This document shows, piece by piece, positions 29,304 through 38,073 of a stretch of DNA of 64,000 bases (the stretch's first letter is position 1; every line of letters begins with the position of its first letter). This DNA is from an uncultured Chloroflexia bacterium (GTDB taxonomy: Bacteria > Chloroflexota > Anaerolineae > Anaerolineales > Villigracilaceae), in contig CAWJYP010000003.1 of NCBI GenBank assembly GCA_963847105.1, positions 558,409-622,408 on the forward strand. The letters are read 5' to 3'. Position numbers and translations under genes: made by a program. The notes under the pieces are model-generated. The model had not been told where the DNA came from and made no database searches. It saw only the letters and a program-made list of their open reading frames with translations.

Positions 29304-30656
29304 ATGCCCGCTTCCGTTCAAGTTTTCCGCACTGCCAAAGACACCGGTGATCAACTCACGGAAAAAGAGCCGTTGACCTTTCGTGAAGAGACGGCCGACC
29401 TGCCTTCCGTTTTGGTGGACTCCCGCCCTCGCTTCCAGACAATCGAAGGTTTTGGCGGTTCTTTTACCGAGGCAGCGGCAGATACCTTTTACAAGTGTTC
29501 ACCTGAGACGCGGGCAGAGATCCTGCGGGCGTATTTCGATCCCAATTCCGGGAACGGATACACTCTCTGCCGTACTCATATCAACAGCTGCGATTTTTCG
29601 CTCGGTAATTATGCGTATACCGAGGTTCCCGGTGATGTGGACCTGGAGCACTTATCCATCGAACACGACCGCCGGCAGATGATCCCGTTGATCAAAGAGG
29701 CGGCTGCCGTGGCAGGTCAACCGATCAATCTGCTTGCCACGCCCTGGAGTCCGCCTGCCTGGATGAAAACCAACGGCGAAATGAACCACGGCGGCAAGGT
29801 GAAACCGGAGTACCGCCAGGCGTGGGCGCGTTATTACAGCCGCTTTGTGAAAGAATATCAGAAGGAAGGCCTGAAGATCTGGGGGTTGTCGGTCCAGAAT
29901 GAGCCGCTGGCGGTCCAGATCTGGGATTCTTGCATATACACCGGGGAAGAAGAGCGAGATTTTGTCCGCGACCACCTGGGACCGGAATTGGAAAAAGCCG
30001 GTCTGCTGAAGCAGATCAAGTTGTTGATCTGGGACCATAATCGTGACCTGCTGTATGAACGGGCTAAAGTTGTCTATGACGATCCCCAGGCCGCTCAATA
30101 TGTGTGGGGAGCCGCCTTTCACTGGTATGTGGGCGATAATTTTGAGAATGTGCGCTGGACCCATGAAGCTTTTCCGCATAAACAACTGCTGTTTACCGAA
30201 GGCTGCATGGAGGGCGGGCCGCATCTGAATAATTGGGAAGTGGGTGAGCGCTATGGGAAGTCCATGGTGGAAGACCTGAAGAACTGGACAGTCGGATGGA
30301 TCGATTGGAATATTCTGCTGGATCAGCATGGTGGGCCGAACCACAAGGATAATTACTGCAGCGCTCCCGTCATGGCAGATATCGGCAAAGGAAAGGTACA
30401 TTTCCAAAATTCCTATTATTATATCGGCCAGGTGACCCGCTTCGTCCGCCCCGGCGCTCAGCGGATCGTTAGTGCGAGCACGCTCGACGCCCTCGAAACA
30501 GTCGCCTTCCTGAATACGGATGGCCACATTGCGGTGGTAGTCCTGAACCGGAGCGATAAATCCGTGGATTTCTCTCTCAAATATAATGGTCTCTCTGCCC
30601 GGGCCGAGAGCCCGGCTCATTCGATGAGCACCTTCCGTTTCGCGAATGGGAGATAA
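29304..30656 (+). CDS. Glycoside hydrolase family 30 (glucosylceramidase-like) enzyme
   Basis: 450 aa. Motifs: FQTIEGFGGSFTEAAA, ATPWSPPAWMKTNG, GLSVQNEP, LLFTEGC. There is no signal peptide, so it is probably cytoplasmic. Confidence 0.8.
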   Translation: MPASVQVFRTAKDTGDQLTEKEPLTFREETADLPSVLVDSRPRFQTIEGFGGSFTEAAADTFYKCSPETRAEILRAYFDPNSGNGYTLCRTHINSCDFSLGNYAYTEVPGDVDLEHLSIEHDRRQMIPLIKEAAAVAGQPINLLATPWSPPAWMKTNGEMNHGGKVKPEYRQAWARYYSRFVKEYQKEGLKIWGLSVQNEPLAVQIWDSCIYTGEEERDFVRDHLGPELEKAGLLKQIKLLIWDHNRDLLYERAKVVYDDPQAAQYVWGAAFHWYVGDNFENVRWTHEAFPHKQLLFTEGCMEGGPHLNNWEVGERYGKSMVEDLKNWTVGWIDWNILLDQHGGPNHKDNYCSAPVMADIGKGKVHFQNSYYYIGQVTRFVRPGAQRIVSASTLDALETVAFLNTDGHIAVVVLNRSDKSVDFSLKYNGLSARAESPAHSMSTFRFANGR

Positions 30657-31019
30657 GAAGATAGTTGCTTCGACCTTCTCTACAAAATTGCCGTTAAGCA
30701 GCACTGCTTTTTGGCAATTCTTATTATTGCTGTCGAGGGGGCGTCCGTGAAAATTTATTACGAAAGTGCTATTTTTGAGCACAATTCTACATGCCCCCTC
30801 CAGGCGAAATCCTTAGAATGAAATTGGCTCTTTTCGACCCAAAATCCCTTTTGGTCAGTCATCCATTGAAGCACTCCTGGATTGAACGAACGATGAGCAA
30901 AAAGATCTACCGGCTCATCCACTAGCAGAAAAGGAGGTCATAATACCCAGAAAAGATACCTTTACTTTTTGACCGATAATCCCATCCTTTCACAACCATA
31001 TCACGAGGAGAAGAAATCC

Positions 31020-32570
31020 ATGAAGAAACAGATGTACATTTTGGTCACGTTTGTAGTCGCCGCCAGCATGTTCCTGGCTGCCTGCGGCGCTCAACCGACG
31101 ACCGCCGTCGTGGTGCCGGCTACTCAGCCTCCTGCTGCGACAGATGCCCCGGTAGCAACCGACGCTCCTGTCGCTACTGAGGCGCCTACCTCCGCCGAGC
31201 CCCCGACCCCCACTCCTTACCCGGTGGCGAACTGCGAAGCTGGTAAGACCTGCGTGCGTGTATTCGTCGGTCTGGGTGGCGGCACTTCCCCTGCTGAAAT
31301 CCTCATCGAGGAAGAAGTAGCCGCTGATTTCAACGCCTCCCAGGACCAGATCCAAATGATCCTTGAGGTCGTTCCTCATGCCGCCGGCCGCGACACGCTG
31401 GCGACCGAAATCGCTGCCGGTAACGGCCCCGATATCGTTGGCCCGGTGGGTTGGGCTGGCTCGAATGAGTTCTACGGCCAGTGGCTCGACCTGACCTCCC
31501 TGATCGAATCCAACAACTTCGACACCTCCATCTGGGACCCGGCCTTGCTTGAGTTCTATCAGACCGAAGAGGGCCAGGTTGGCCTGCCCTTTGGTATCTT
31601 CCCCGGCGGTATGTTCTTCATCCCGGCCATGTTCGATGAGCAGGGCCTGGCTTACCCGCCGCAGAAGTACGGCGACAAATACGAAATGCCCGATGGCACC
31701 ATGGTCGACTGGACCTGGGACACGGTCACAAAAGTAGCCCAACTCCTCACCGTTGACGTCAACGGCAAGAACGCCACTGAAGAAGGATTCGATCGCAACC
31801 AGATCGTCCAGGTTGGTTACAACCCGCAGTGGCAGAGCGGCCAGTCCATTGCTACCTTCTACGGTGGGGCCAGCTCGATCTATAAGGGCACCCCCGGCGC
31901 CTGGGAAGCGGCGATCCCCGATTCCTGGAAGGCAGCCTGGAAGTGGTACTATGACGGCATGTGGGGCCCGCAGCCCTATATCGCATCCGGTCCTCTGGCC
32001 GGCTCCACCGAGTTCGGAGGCGGAAACGTCTTCAACAGCGGCAAGGCAGCCATGGGCCTGACCCAGACGTGGTACACCTGCTGCCTGGGCGACCTGGATA
32101 AAGCCGGAATCGTCTGGCAAGTCGGTATTCAACCGATTGTTGTTGTAGGTCCGAAGGCAGGCCAGGTTCAGGGTCGTGTGGACGCCGATACCTTCCGCAT
32201 CTGGAAAGGCACCAAGAATGCCGATGCCGCCTTCAAAGTACTGGCTTACCTCATGACCACCGGTGGTGACAAGTGGCTGCCCAGCATGGGCGCCGTGCCG
32301 GCGATCGACTCCAAGATTGACGCCTTCTTTACGGCCAAATCGGCTCAGTATCCGAACGTGACCCAGGCCTCCTGGGACGTGTTCAAAGCTGGAACGGCTT
32401 ATCCTGATCGGCCGAGCGCTGAAGGTTGGATGCCCGGTAACAACACCGAAGACTCCGCTCGCATCGCCACCTTCATCAACCTGTTGACGGTCACTCCGTC
32501 TGATCAGATGGACTTTGAAGCCGAGTTCAAGAAACTCAGCGATGATCTGACGGTCATCTTCAACAAGTAA
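31020..32570 (+). CDS. ABC transporter extracellular solute-binding lipoprotein (sugar type)
   Basis: ATG at 31020 follows GAGGAG. Lipoprotein signal: MKKQMYILVTFVVAASMFLAACG. An Ala/Thr/Pro linker follows. About 516 aa, upstream of two permease genes. Confidence 0.8.
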   Translation: MKKQMYILVTFVVAASMFLAACGAQPTTAVVVPATQPPAATDAPVATDAPVATEAPTSAEPPTPTPYPVANCEAGKTCVRVFVGLGGGTSPAEILIEEEVAADFNASQDQIQMILEVVPHAAGRDTLATEIAAGNGPDIVGPVGWAGSNEFYGQWLDLTSLIESNNFDTSIWDPALLEFYQTEEGQVGLPFGIFPGGMFFIPAMFDEQGLAYPPQKYGDKYEMPDGTMVDWTWDTVTKVAQLLTVDVNGKNATEEGFDRNQIVQVGYNPQWQSGQSIATFYGGASSIYKGTPGAWEAAIPDSWKAAWKWYYDGMWGPQPYIASGPLAGSTEFGGGNVFNSGKAAMGLTQTWYTCCLGDLDKAGIVWQVGIQPIVVVGPKAGQVQGRVDADTFRIWKGTKNADAAFKVLAYLMTTGGDKWLPSMGAVPAIDSKIDAFFTAKSAQYPNVTQASWDVFKAGTAYPDRPSAEGWMPGNNTEDSARIATFINLLTVTPSDQMDFEAEFKKLSDDLTVIFNK

Positions 32571-32587
32571 GTAAAATAATCTTTAAA

Positions 32588-32618
32588 CAGGCGGGTCAGC
32601 CATTGGCTGACCCGCCTG
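32588..32618 (+). terminator. Strong intercistronic hairpin after the binding-protein gene (no T-run)
   Basis: A perfect 14-bp stem (caggcgggtcagcc / ggctgacccgcctg) with a 3-nt loop. This position is typical of mRNA-stabilising or attenuating hairpins in ABC operons. Confidence 0.5.
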
Positions 32619-32656
32619 AACAGAACGACAAAGATATGTAAGACAAGGAGCGCTTC

Positions 32657-33652
32657 ATGCTAGAGCAATTATCCCATCTCCCCAAGCTGCCTTCGATCGG
32701 GTCTTTCCGCAAGATGTCGAGGCTTGCCCGCCGTGAATTTATGGTCGGGCTGGCGTTCCTTTCTCCGTGGCTGCTGGGCTTCCTCGTCTTCACGCTGATC
32801 CCATTGGTGGCAACAATCGTTTTCAGTTTCACCAATCTGAGGATCACAGACGGCATCACGAATCCCCTGAAATTCGTCGGGCTGGACAACTATGCCCAGT
32901 ATTTCAGTGACCCGCAGATATGGAGCAGTTCCAAGGGTATCCCCGGTGCGTGGCTGGTCACTTTCCGCTTCGGGTTGATCGCCTTGCCGGTCGGGATCAT
33001 CGCGCCACTGTTACTTGCGCTGCTGCTTAACAGCCCCAAACTCAAAGGCAAAGTCCTGGCTCGCACCTTGTTTTATATGCCAACGATCGTTCCGCTGGTC
33101 GCGGGTGTATTCATTTGGAATGGCATCCTCAACTCTGAGACCGGATGGATCAATCGGGCCTTACTGGGGTTGGGAGTGCCAAAAGCTCTCACGCCCGGTT
33201 GGACCAACAGCACAACGTGGGTGTATCCAAGTTATGTGCTCATTGGTTTATGGGGTATAGGCGGAGCAATGCTGATCACCCTGGCTGGTCTGCAAGGCGT
33301 CCCCACCGAATATTATGACGCCGCAAAAGTAGATGGGGCAAATGGATGGCAAGCATTCTGGAATGTGACTTTTCCCATGATCTCACCAGTAATATTCTAT
33401 AACCTGATCCTGGGGATGGTAGGATTGTTCCAGTATTACCTTATTCCTTTCGTGCTAAACAACGGAAATGGTGCGCCGGGAGGGACGACCATGTTTTATA
33501 ACGTCTACCTGGTGCGTACCTTCTTAACGTTTATGAACATGTCTTATGGCTCCACCATGGCCATCGGCCTCTTTGGGGCTATTCTGATAGCAACTCTTAT
33601 TCTATTCGCAACGGCGAAGTACTGGGTTTATTACGCCGGCGAATCCCATTAG
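32657..33652 (+). CDS. ABC sugar transporter permease (MalF/UgpA-like)
   Basis: 331 aa and polytopic. EAA-like region: YYDAAKVDGANGWQAFWNVTFPMISP. AAGGAG lies upstream. Confidence 0.85.
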   Translation: MLEQLSHLPKLPSIGSFRKMSRLARREFMVGLAFLSPWLLGFLVFTLIPLVATIVFSFTNLRITDGITNPLKFVGLDNYAQYFSDPQIWSSSKGIPGAWLVTFRFGLIALPVGIIAPLLLALLLNSPKLKGKVLARTLFYMPTIVPLVAGVFIWNGILNSETGWINRALLGLGVPKALTPGWTNSTTWVYPSYVLIGLWGIGGAMLITLAGLQGVPTEYYDAAKVDGANGWQAFWNVTFPMISPVIFYNLILGMVGLFQYYLIPFVLNNGNGAPGGTTMFYNVYLVRTFLTFMNMSYGSTMAIGLFGAILIATLILFATAKYWVYYAGESH

Positions 33653-33665
33653 GCAGGAGTAGATC

Positions 33666-34796
33666 ATGGAAGCACAAAACGCAAATCAACTGCCCATGGG
33701 CACCGTAAGGACAGACGCAATGCGGATCCGCACGCGTCGTCTACGCAAGATCCGTGATGTGATCGGCAAGGTCTTTTCAACCAGTTTTACCTACTTCCTG
33801 TTGGCTCTGTTCCTGGCTCCGTTCGCTTTCATGGTCTTCACTTCGCTGAAGACCCAGGCTCAGAGGACCATCCTGGGAGGTCCCATTTGGCCGGCCAAGC
33901 CAGTCTCGGTTGAATACAATGGCAAAAATGTCGATGTTTACAAAGTGCCCGTTAATGCCTGCAACGGATTCAGCCCGGATGATAAATCGGTCCAGGCCTT
34001 TGGGCTGGTAAAAAAGGGTCTGAAGCAAAGCACTTTTATCGACCCCAACGACCTATCCCGGGGTGAATTCAGTTGCGTTCTATCCTGGCGAGCCACGCCG
34101 CGCTTCTGGGTCTTTTCGCCAGCCTGGTCCAACTATGGAGCGGTCTGGAATACGATCAATTATCCCCGCCTACTGTGGAATACCACTTTCTATGCCCTCT
34201 CCACCCTGGTAGGGACGCTCTTTTCCTGCGTTCTAGTTGCCTACGGCTTTGCCCGTTTCCGCTTCCCCGGACGGGATGTGTTATTTATCATCCTGATCTC
34301 GACCATTTTCCTGCCAGCCGCCGTGACGGTGATCCCGCTCTACACGTTTTTTGTGAAGATCCACCTGGTGGGCACATGGATCCCGCTGATCCTGCCGCAC
34401 TACTTTGCCAATGCCTACAACGTCTTCCTGCTAAGGCAATATTTCATGACCCTGCCGCGCGAACTGGACGAAGCCGCGACGGTGGATGGAGCCGGTCCCA
34501 TTACGATCCTCTGGTCGATCATCCTGCCGCAATCGAAGCCGGTGCTACTGGCCATTTCGGTGTTCCATGTGGTCTTTGCCTGGAATGACTTCTTTGGTCC
34601 GCTGATCTACCTGAAGCCTAATACCCACCTTTACCCAATTTCCGTGGCATTACAATATTTCGTCGGCCTATATGCTCAACAGCCTGAGCTGGTTCAGGCG
34701 GGCGCGTTGATGGCCTTGCTCTTCCCCATGATCCTGTTCGTGGTGGCTCAGCGATACTTCATCCAGGGCATTGTTATCACCGGCGTGGAAAAATAA
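33666..34796 (+). CDS. ABC sugar transporter permease (MalG/UgpE-like) with an extended extracytoplasmic loop
   Basis: 376 aa. EAA region: LDEAATVDGAGPITILWSIILPQSKP. There is an insert of about 90 aa between TM1 and TM2. Confidence 0.85.
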   Translation: MEAQNANQLPMGTVRTDAMRIRTRRLRKIRDVIGKVFSTSFTYFLLALFLAPFAFMVFTSLKTQAQRTILGGPIWPAKPVSVEYNGKNVDVYKVPVNACNGFSPDDKSVQAFGLVKKGLKQSTFIDPNDLSRGEFSCVLSWRATPRFWVFSPAWSNYGAVWNTINYPRLLWNTTFYALSTLVGTLFSCVLVAYGFARFRFPGRDVLFIILISTIFLPAAVTVIPLYTFFVKIHLVGTWIPLILPHYFANAYNVFLLRQYFMTLPRELDEAATVDGAGPITILWSIILPQSKPVLLAISVFHVVFAWNDFFGPLIYLKPNTHLYPISVALQYFVGLYAQQPELVQAGALMALLFPMILFVVAQRYFIQGIVITGVEK

Positions 34797-34945
34797 AACT
34801 TCTTCTCCTCAAAATTTCCTTGCGGTAGACATTGTCCTCCTATCAAAAGACCAATACGCTCGTACGATGGGTGTATTGGTCTTTGATTTGGGACAGGGAA
34901 ATTTCCCGGCGAATTTTAATCTTTCATGGGGGAAAGTAGATTAGA

Positions 34946-36007
34946 ATGGCAATCAACAGGATAAATATAATGGAAAATATCACAAATACATCGGTCGAAT
35001 CCAAGTATGCCGGCTGGCATGACATTGTGGTTCGTTATATCCACCCTGACCTGTGGCGCAGTATCTGGCAGATGGTCAATACACTTGTCCCGTATTTTGC
35101 TTTGTGGGCATTGATGCTGTACAGCGTTCATATTTCCTACTGGCTGACCCTGGCGCTGGCATTCCCAACGGCCGGATTCATGATGCGGTCATTCATCATT
35201 TTTCACGACTGCGGGCATGGGTCGTTCTTCAAGAGCCGTAAAGCCAATGATGCAGTGGGATTTATCACCGGGGTGATCAACTTCACTCCCTATTACAAAT
35301 GGCGGCGCGATCATGCCATCCACCACGCAACGGCCTCCGACCTGGATGGCCGCGGCGTGGGTGACGTGAAGACGATGACGGTCGAGGAATATCTGGCCGC
35401 GCCCTGGTGGAGAAAAACGTTCTATCGCATCTTTCGCAATCCGCTGGTGATGTTCACACTTGGATCCTTCTCGGTATTCGCCATTGTGGCACGCATCCCC
35501 GCCAAAAAGGATAAGGGTCGCGAGCTCCACAGCGTCTGGTATACCAATCTGGCCCTGGCCGTATTAATCACCGGTATGTGCCTGCTGGTGGGCTGGCAGA
35601 CATACCTGCTGGTGCAGTTGCCGGTGCTGATCCTGGGAACGTCGGTGGGGGTGTGGTTGTTCTACGTTCAGCACAACTTCGACCCGACTTATTGGGAGCG
35701 CCACAATAAGTGGGAGTTTGTGAAAGCCGGCTTCGAGGGAAGCTCGTACTATAAACTGCCTCGCATCTTTCAGTGGTTTTCGGGCAATATCGGCTTTCAC
35801 CACATCCATCACCTGAACCCAAAGATCCCGAATTACAAATTGCCGGAGTGCTACCATGAAAATCCGGTCTTCCACGTGCCGCCGATGACCTTCGCCGCCA
35901 GCCTGAGTTCTTTGAATATGCGGCTCTATGACGAAAAGAGGAAGATGATGGTGAGCTGGAGAGGCCTGAGATTGTACCGCACCAACCGGAGATCGCAAAC
36001 GGCGTGA
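34946..36007 (+). CDS. Membrane fatty-acid desaturase
   Basis: It has the three histidine boxes HDCGHGSFF, HAIHHA and HHIHHL. It is polytopic. The start could be 34970. Confidence 0.85.
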   Translation: MAINRINIMENITNTSVESKYAGWHDIVVRYIHPDLWRSIWQMVNTLVPYFALWALMLYSVHISYWLTLALAFPTAGFMMRSFIIFHDCGHGSFFKSRKANDAVGFITGVINFTPYYKWRRDHAIHHATASDLDGRGVGDVKTMTVEEYLAAPWWRKTFYRIFRNPLVMFTLGSFSVFAIVARIPAKKDKGRELHSVWYTNLALAVLITGMCLLVGWQTYLLVQLPVLILGTSVGVWLFYVQHNFDPTYWERHNKWEFVKAGFEGSSYYKLPRIFQWFSGNIGFHHIHHLNPKIPNYKLPECYHENPVFHVPPMTFAASLSSLNMRLYDEKRKMMVSWRGLRLYRTNRRSQTA

Positions 36008-36042
36008 CCTCGGTGGACTAAGCAACTATCTGAAGAAAAATC

Positions 36043-36081
36043 AGGGTGTTGATATCCGGCTTTGCCGGACATCAACACCCT
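36043..36081. terminator. Long bidirectional hairpin between convergent genes
   Basis: 18-nt arms (agggtgttgatatccggc / gccggacatcaacaccct) with one mismatch, followed by atttcttt. Confidence 0.6.
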
Positions 36082-36102
36082 ATTTCTTTGCATTGACCTT
36101 AA

Positions 36103-37329
36103 CTACATCAGTTCTTCCGGTGGTTTTAAGCGGCGGAAACTGCGGTACAGCAGCAGGTCATAGATGATCTTCAATCCTCCCGAAAGGAAGAAGGGGACAC
36201 TGAGCAACAGCGGGATGGATAGAAAAACTCCCATCAGCGATGGGGAGATGGCCGCGCCAACGGAACGGGCGATAGCGGTCACGCCTGAGGCGGCCGAGCG
36301 TTCGTCCGGCGCGACGACCGCCATTGTATATGACTGGCGGGTAGGGACATCCATTTGTGAAATGCTGAAACGCGCCAGCAGCATGATGATCGCCAGCGGT
36401 AGGTTTGGCATAAGCGGGACCAAAATCAACAGGATGTTGGAGGGGATGTGGGTGAATACCATGGTGTTGATCAGACCGATCTTCTTTGCCATTGTACCGG
36501 CCAGTAGCGCTGAGACCCCTGCCAGGATGTTTGCTCCGAAGAAGATGGTGCCGATGACGCCCGCTTCCATCCCGAATTTTACATGGAACCAATATGCCAC
36601 CAAACTCTGGATGACCAATCCGCCGGCGAAGGCGTCCAGGGCAAACAGGGCGCTCAGCCGAAGAACGACATTTCGTGAGCGATGCAGGCCAAGGGTTCTT
36701 TTCTCTGCAACTTGAAATGTCTCTTTTGGGACCTCGATGGAAGGTGTTACGAACAGGAAAAGCACCGCCAGAACCGATCCGCCAAGGGCGTAGCCTATCA
36801 GGACTGTACGATATGAGTTGAAAGCAGAAATTCCCCCATCCTGTAAGAATTGTGCCAGCCAGCCTCCGCTCAGTGCACCAACAGCAGAGGCGAGCGAACC
36901 GGCCAGGTTGTACCAGGTAAAGACTTGTGTCCGACGACTATTCGGAAGCAACTGCGTCAGGCTGGCCTGTTCAACCGACAGGAACGGCCCGATCTCATTA
37001 CCGCTCGGGCTGATGACACCAACAACAGCGGCTGCTATAAGGAGGAGTGGATTTCGTGTAATGATGAAGACCAAGCCTGCGCCGGCCATCAGCAATGCCC
37101 CGATCAGGAGGGTACGCCTTCGTCCAAATCGGTCGGCTGAGGTGGTCAACCAGAGAGATATCCCGGCATCGCCAGCCAGCGTCAGTGTGAAAAGTAGGCC
37201 GATCGTTTTTTCGTTCAAGCCTGCCGAGGCCAGGTAAAGCGCCAGTACCACTGACAAAAAACCGTAACAGAATAGACGCACTGTTCGAGTCGTGAATAGC
37301 AGGCGGATATCAGTGGCAGGGCGAAGCAT
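36103..37329 (-). CDS. MFS transporter
   Basis: I chose ATG at 37329 (MLRPATDIRLLFTTRTVRLFCYGFLSV...). It has about 12 hydrophobic segments and the motif DRFGRRRTLLIG. The upstream extension of the ORF overlaps the neighbouring gene and is not protein-like. Confidence 0.8.
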   Translation of the reverse strand: MLRPATDIRLLFTTRTVRLFCYGFLSVVLALYLASAGLNEKTIGLLFTLTLAGDAGISLWLTTSADRFGRRRTLLIGALLMAGAGLVFIITRNPLLLIAAAVVGVISPSGNEIGPFLSVEQASLTQLLPNSRRTQVFTWYNLAGSLASAVGALSGGWLAQFLQDGGISAFNSYRTVLIGYALGGSVLAVLFLFVTPSIEVPKETFQVAEKRTLGLHRSRNVVLRLSALFALDAFAGGLVIQSLVAYWFHVKFGMEAGVIGTIFFGANILAGVSALLAGTMAKKIGLINTMVFTHIPSNILLILVPLMPNLPLAIIMLLARFSISQMDVPTRQSYTMAVVAPDERSAASGVTAIARSVGAAISPSLMGVFLSIPLLLSVPFFLSGGLKIIYDLLLYRSFRRLKPPEELM

Positions 37330-37336
37330 AACTGGC

Positions 37337-37774
37337 CTATTTACTCCTGGCGGCTTCGAGACGGCACCAGGCATACAGCCCGTCGTAGACTTCAAACTGG
37401 TGCGCCAGGTTTTCCTCGTCTTCGGGGAAGCGCAGGCTGTAGCCACTGGCAATGGCTTCCAGGCCGGGCGCAATCGGGTCTTTTTCGATGTCTTCGGAAA
37501 CATCCGCGGAATGAACGATCTGGGCCAGACGCACCAGCCCCGGCTCTTTCAGGTCATATTTGAGCATGATCGACTCAAATGAGCAGCGTCCGTCCTTGTG
37601 GCCCAGTTCAACGCCGGGTGCGTCGAAGGGGATGGCGCCGGTCTCCCTGGCGACCTGCTCGACCTGGTTCTTGGGGACGAAGAGGAACTCGGCGTCGTTA
37701 TCCACGAAGCGGGTGATCAGCCAGGGGCAGGCAACGCGGTCAACATGTACATGCGAACGGGTGACCCATAACAT
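37337..37774 (-). CDS. ChrB C-terminal domain-like (chromate resistance family) protein
   Basis: ATG at 37774 follows AGGAG. The sequence MLWVTRSHVHVDRVACPWLITRFVD...FDAPGVELGHKDGRCSFESIMLKY matches my recollection of the ChrB_C family. Confidence 0.65.
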   Translation of the reverse strand: MLWVTRSHVHVDRVACPWLITRFVDNDAEFLFVPKNQVEQVARETGAIPFDAPGVELGHKDGRCSFESIMLKYDLKEPGLVRLAQIVHSADVSEDIEKDPIAPGLEAIASGYSLRFPEDEENLAHQFEVYDGLYAWCRLEAARSK

Positions 37775-38073
37775 GGTTAGATCTCCTTTTTGAATTTGTT
37801 CGTTATCAATTAGGTTAAAGTCCAATTGGATTATCCTGATGGATACTTTGGTCATTATCCAGTGATTGTTGAAGAGACATAATGAATAGTATACTTGATG
37901 TATGAAGATGGTACTATTCTTATAAAATCCATAACCATTCCGGATCAGCAATCGCACCTGGTCCATGCTCTCGGAAGCGTTTTGTTTTGTCGGTTGTTCA
38001 TCCTGATGATGGGACAAGTTCCATTTGTTGGATCGGTCAACGTATTTCGCCTGAATTCAAGAAATCACAAGGT

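Noticed and set aside
29652-32132. 376-aa and 380-aa minus-strand ORFs opposite the GH30 gene and the solute-binding-protein gene.
   Set aside because: The plus-strand ORFs carry unambiguous family motifs and lipoprotein signals. The antisense translations are Arg/Gly/Leu-rich and featureless.
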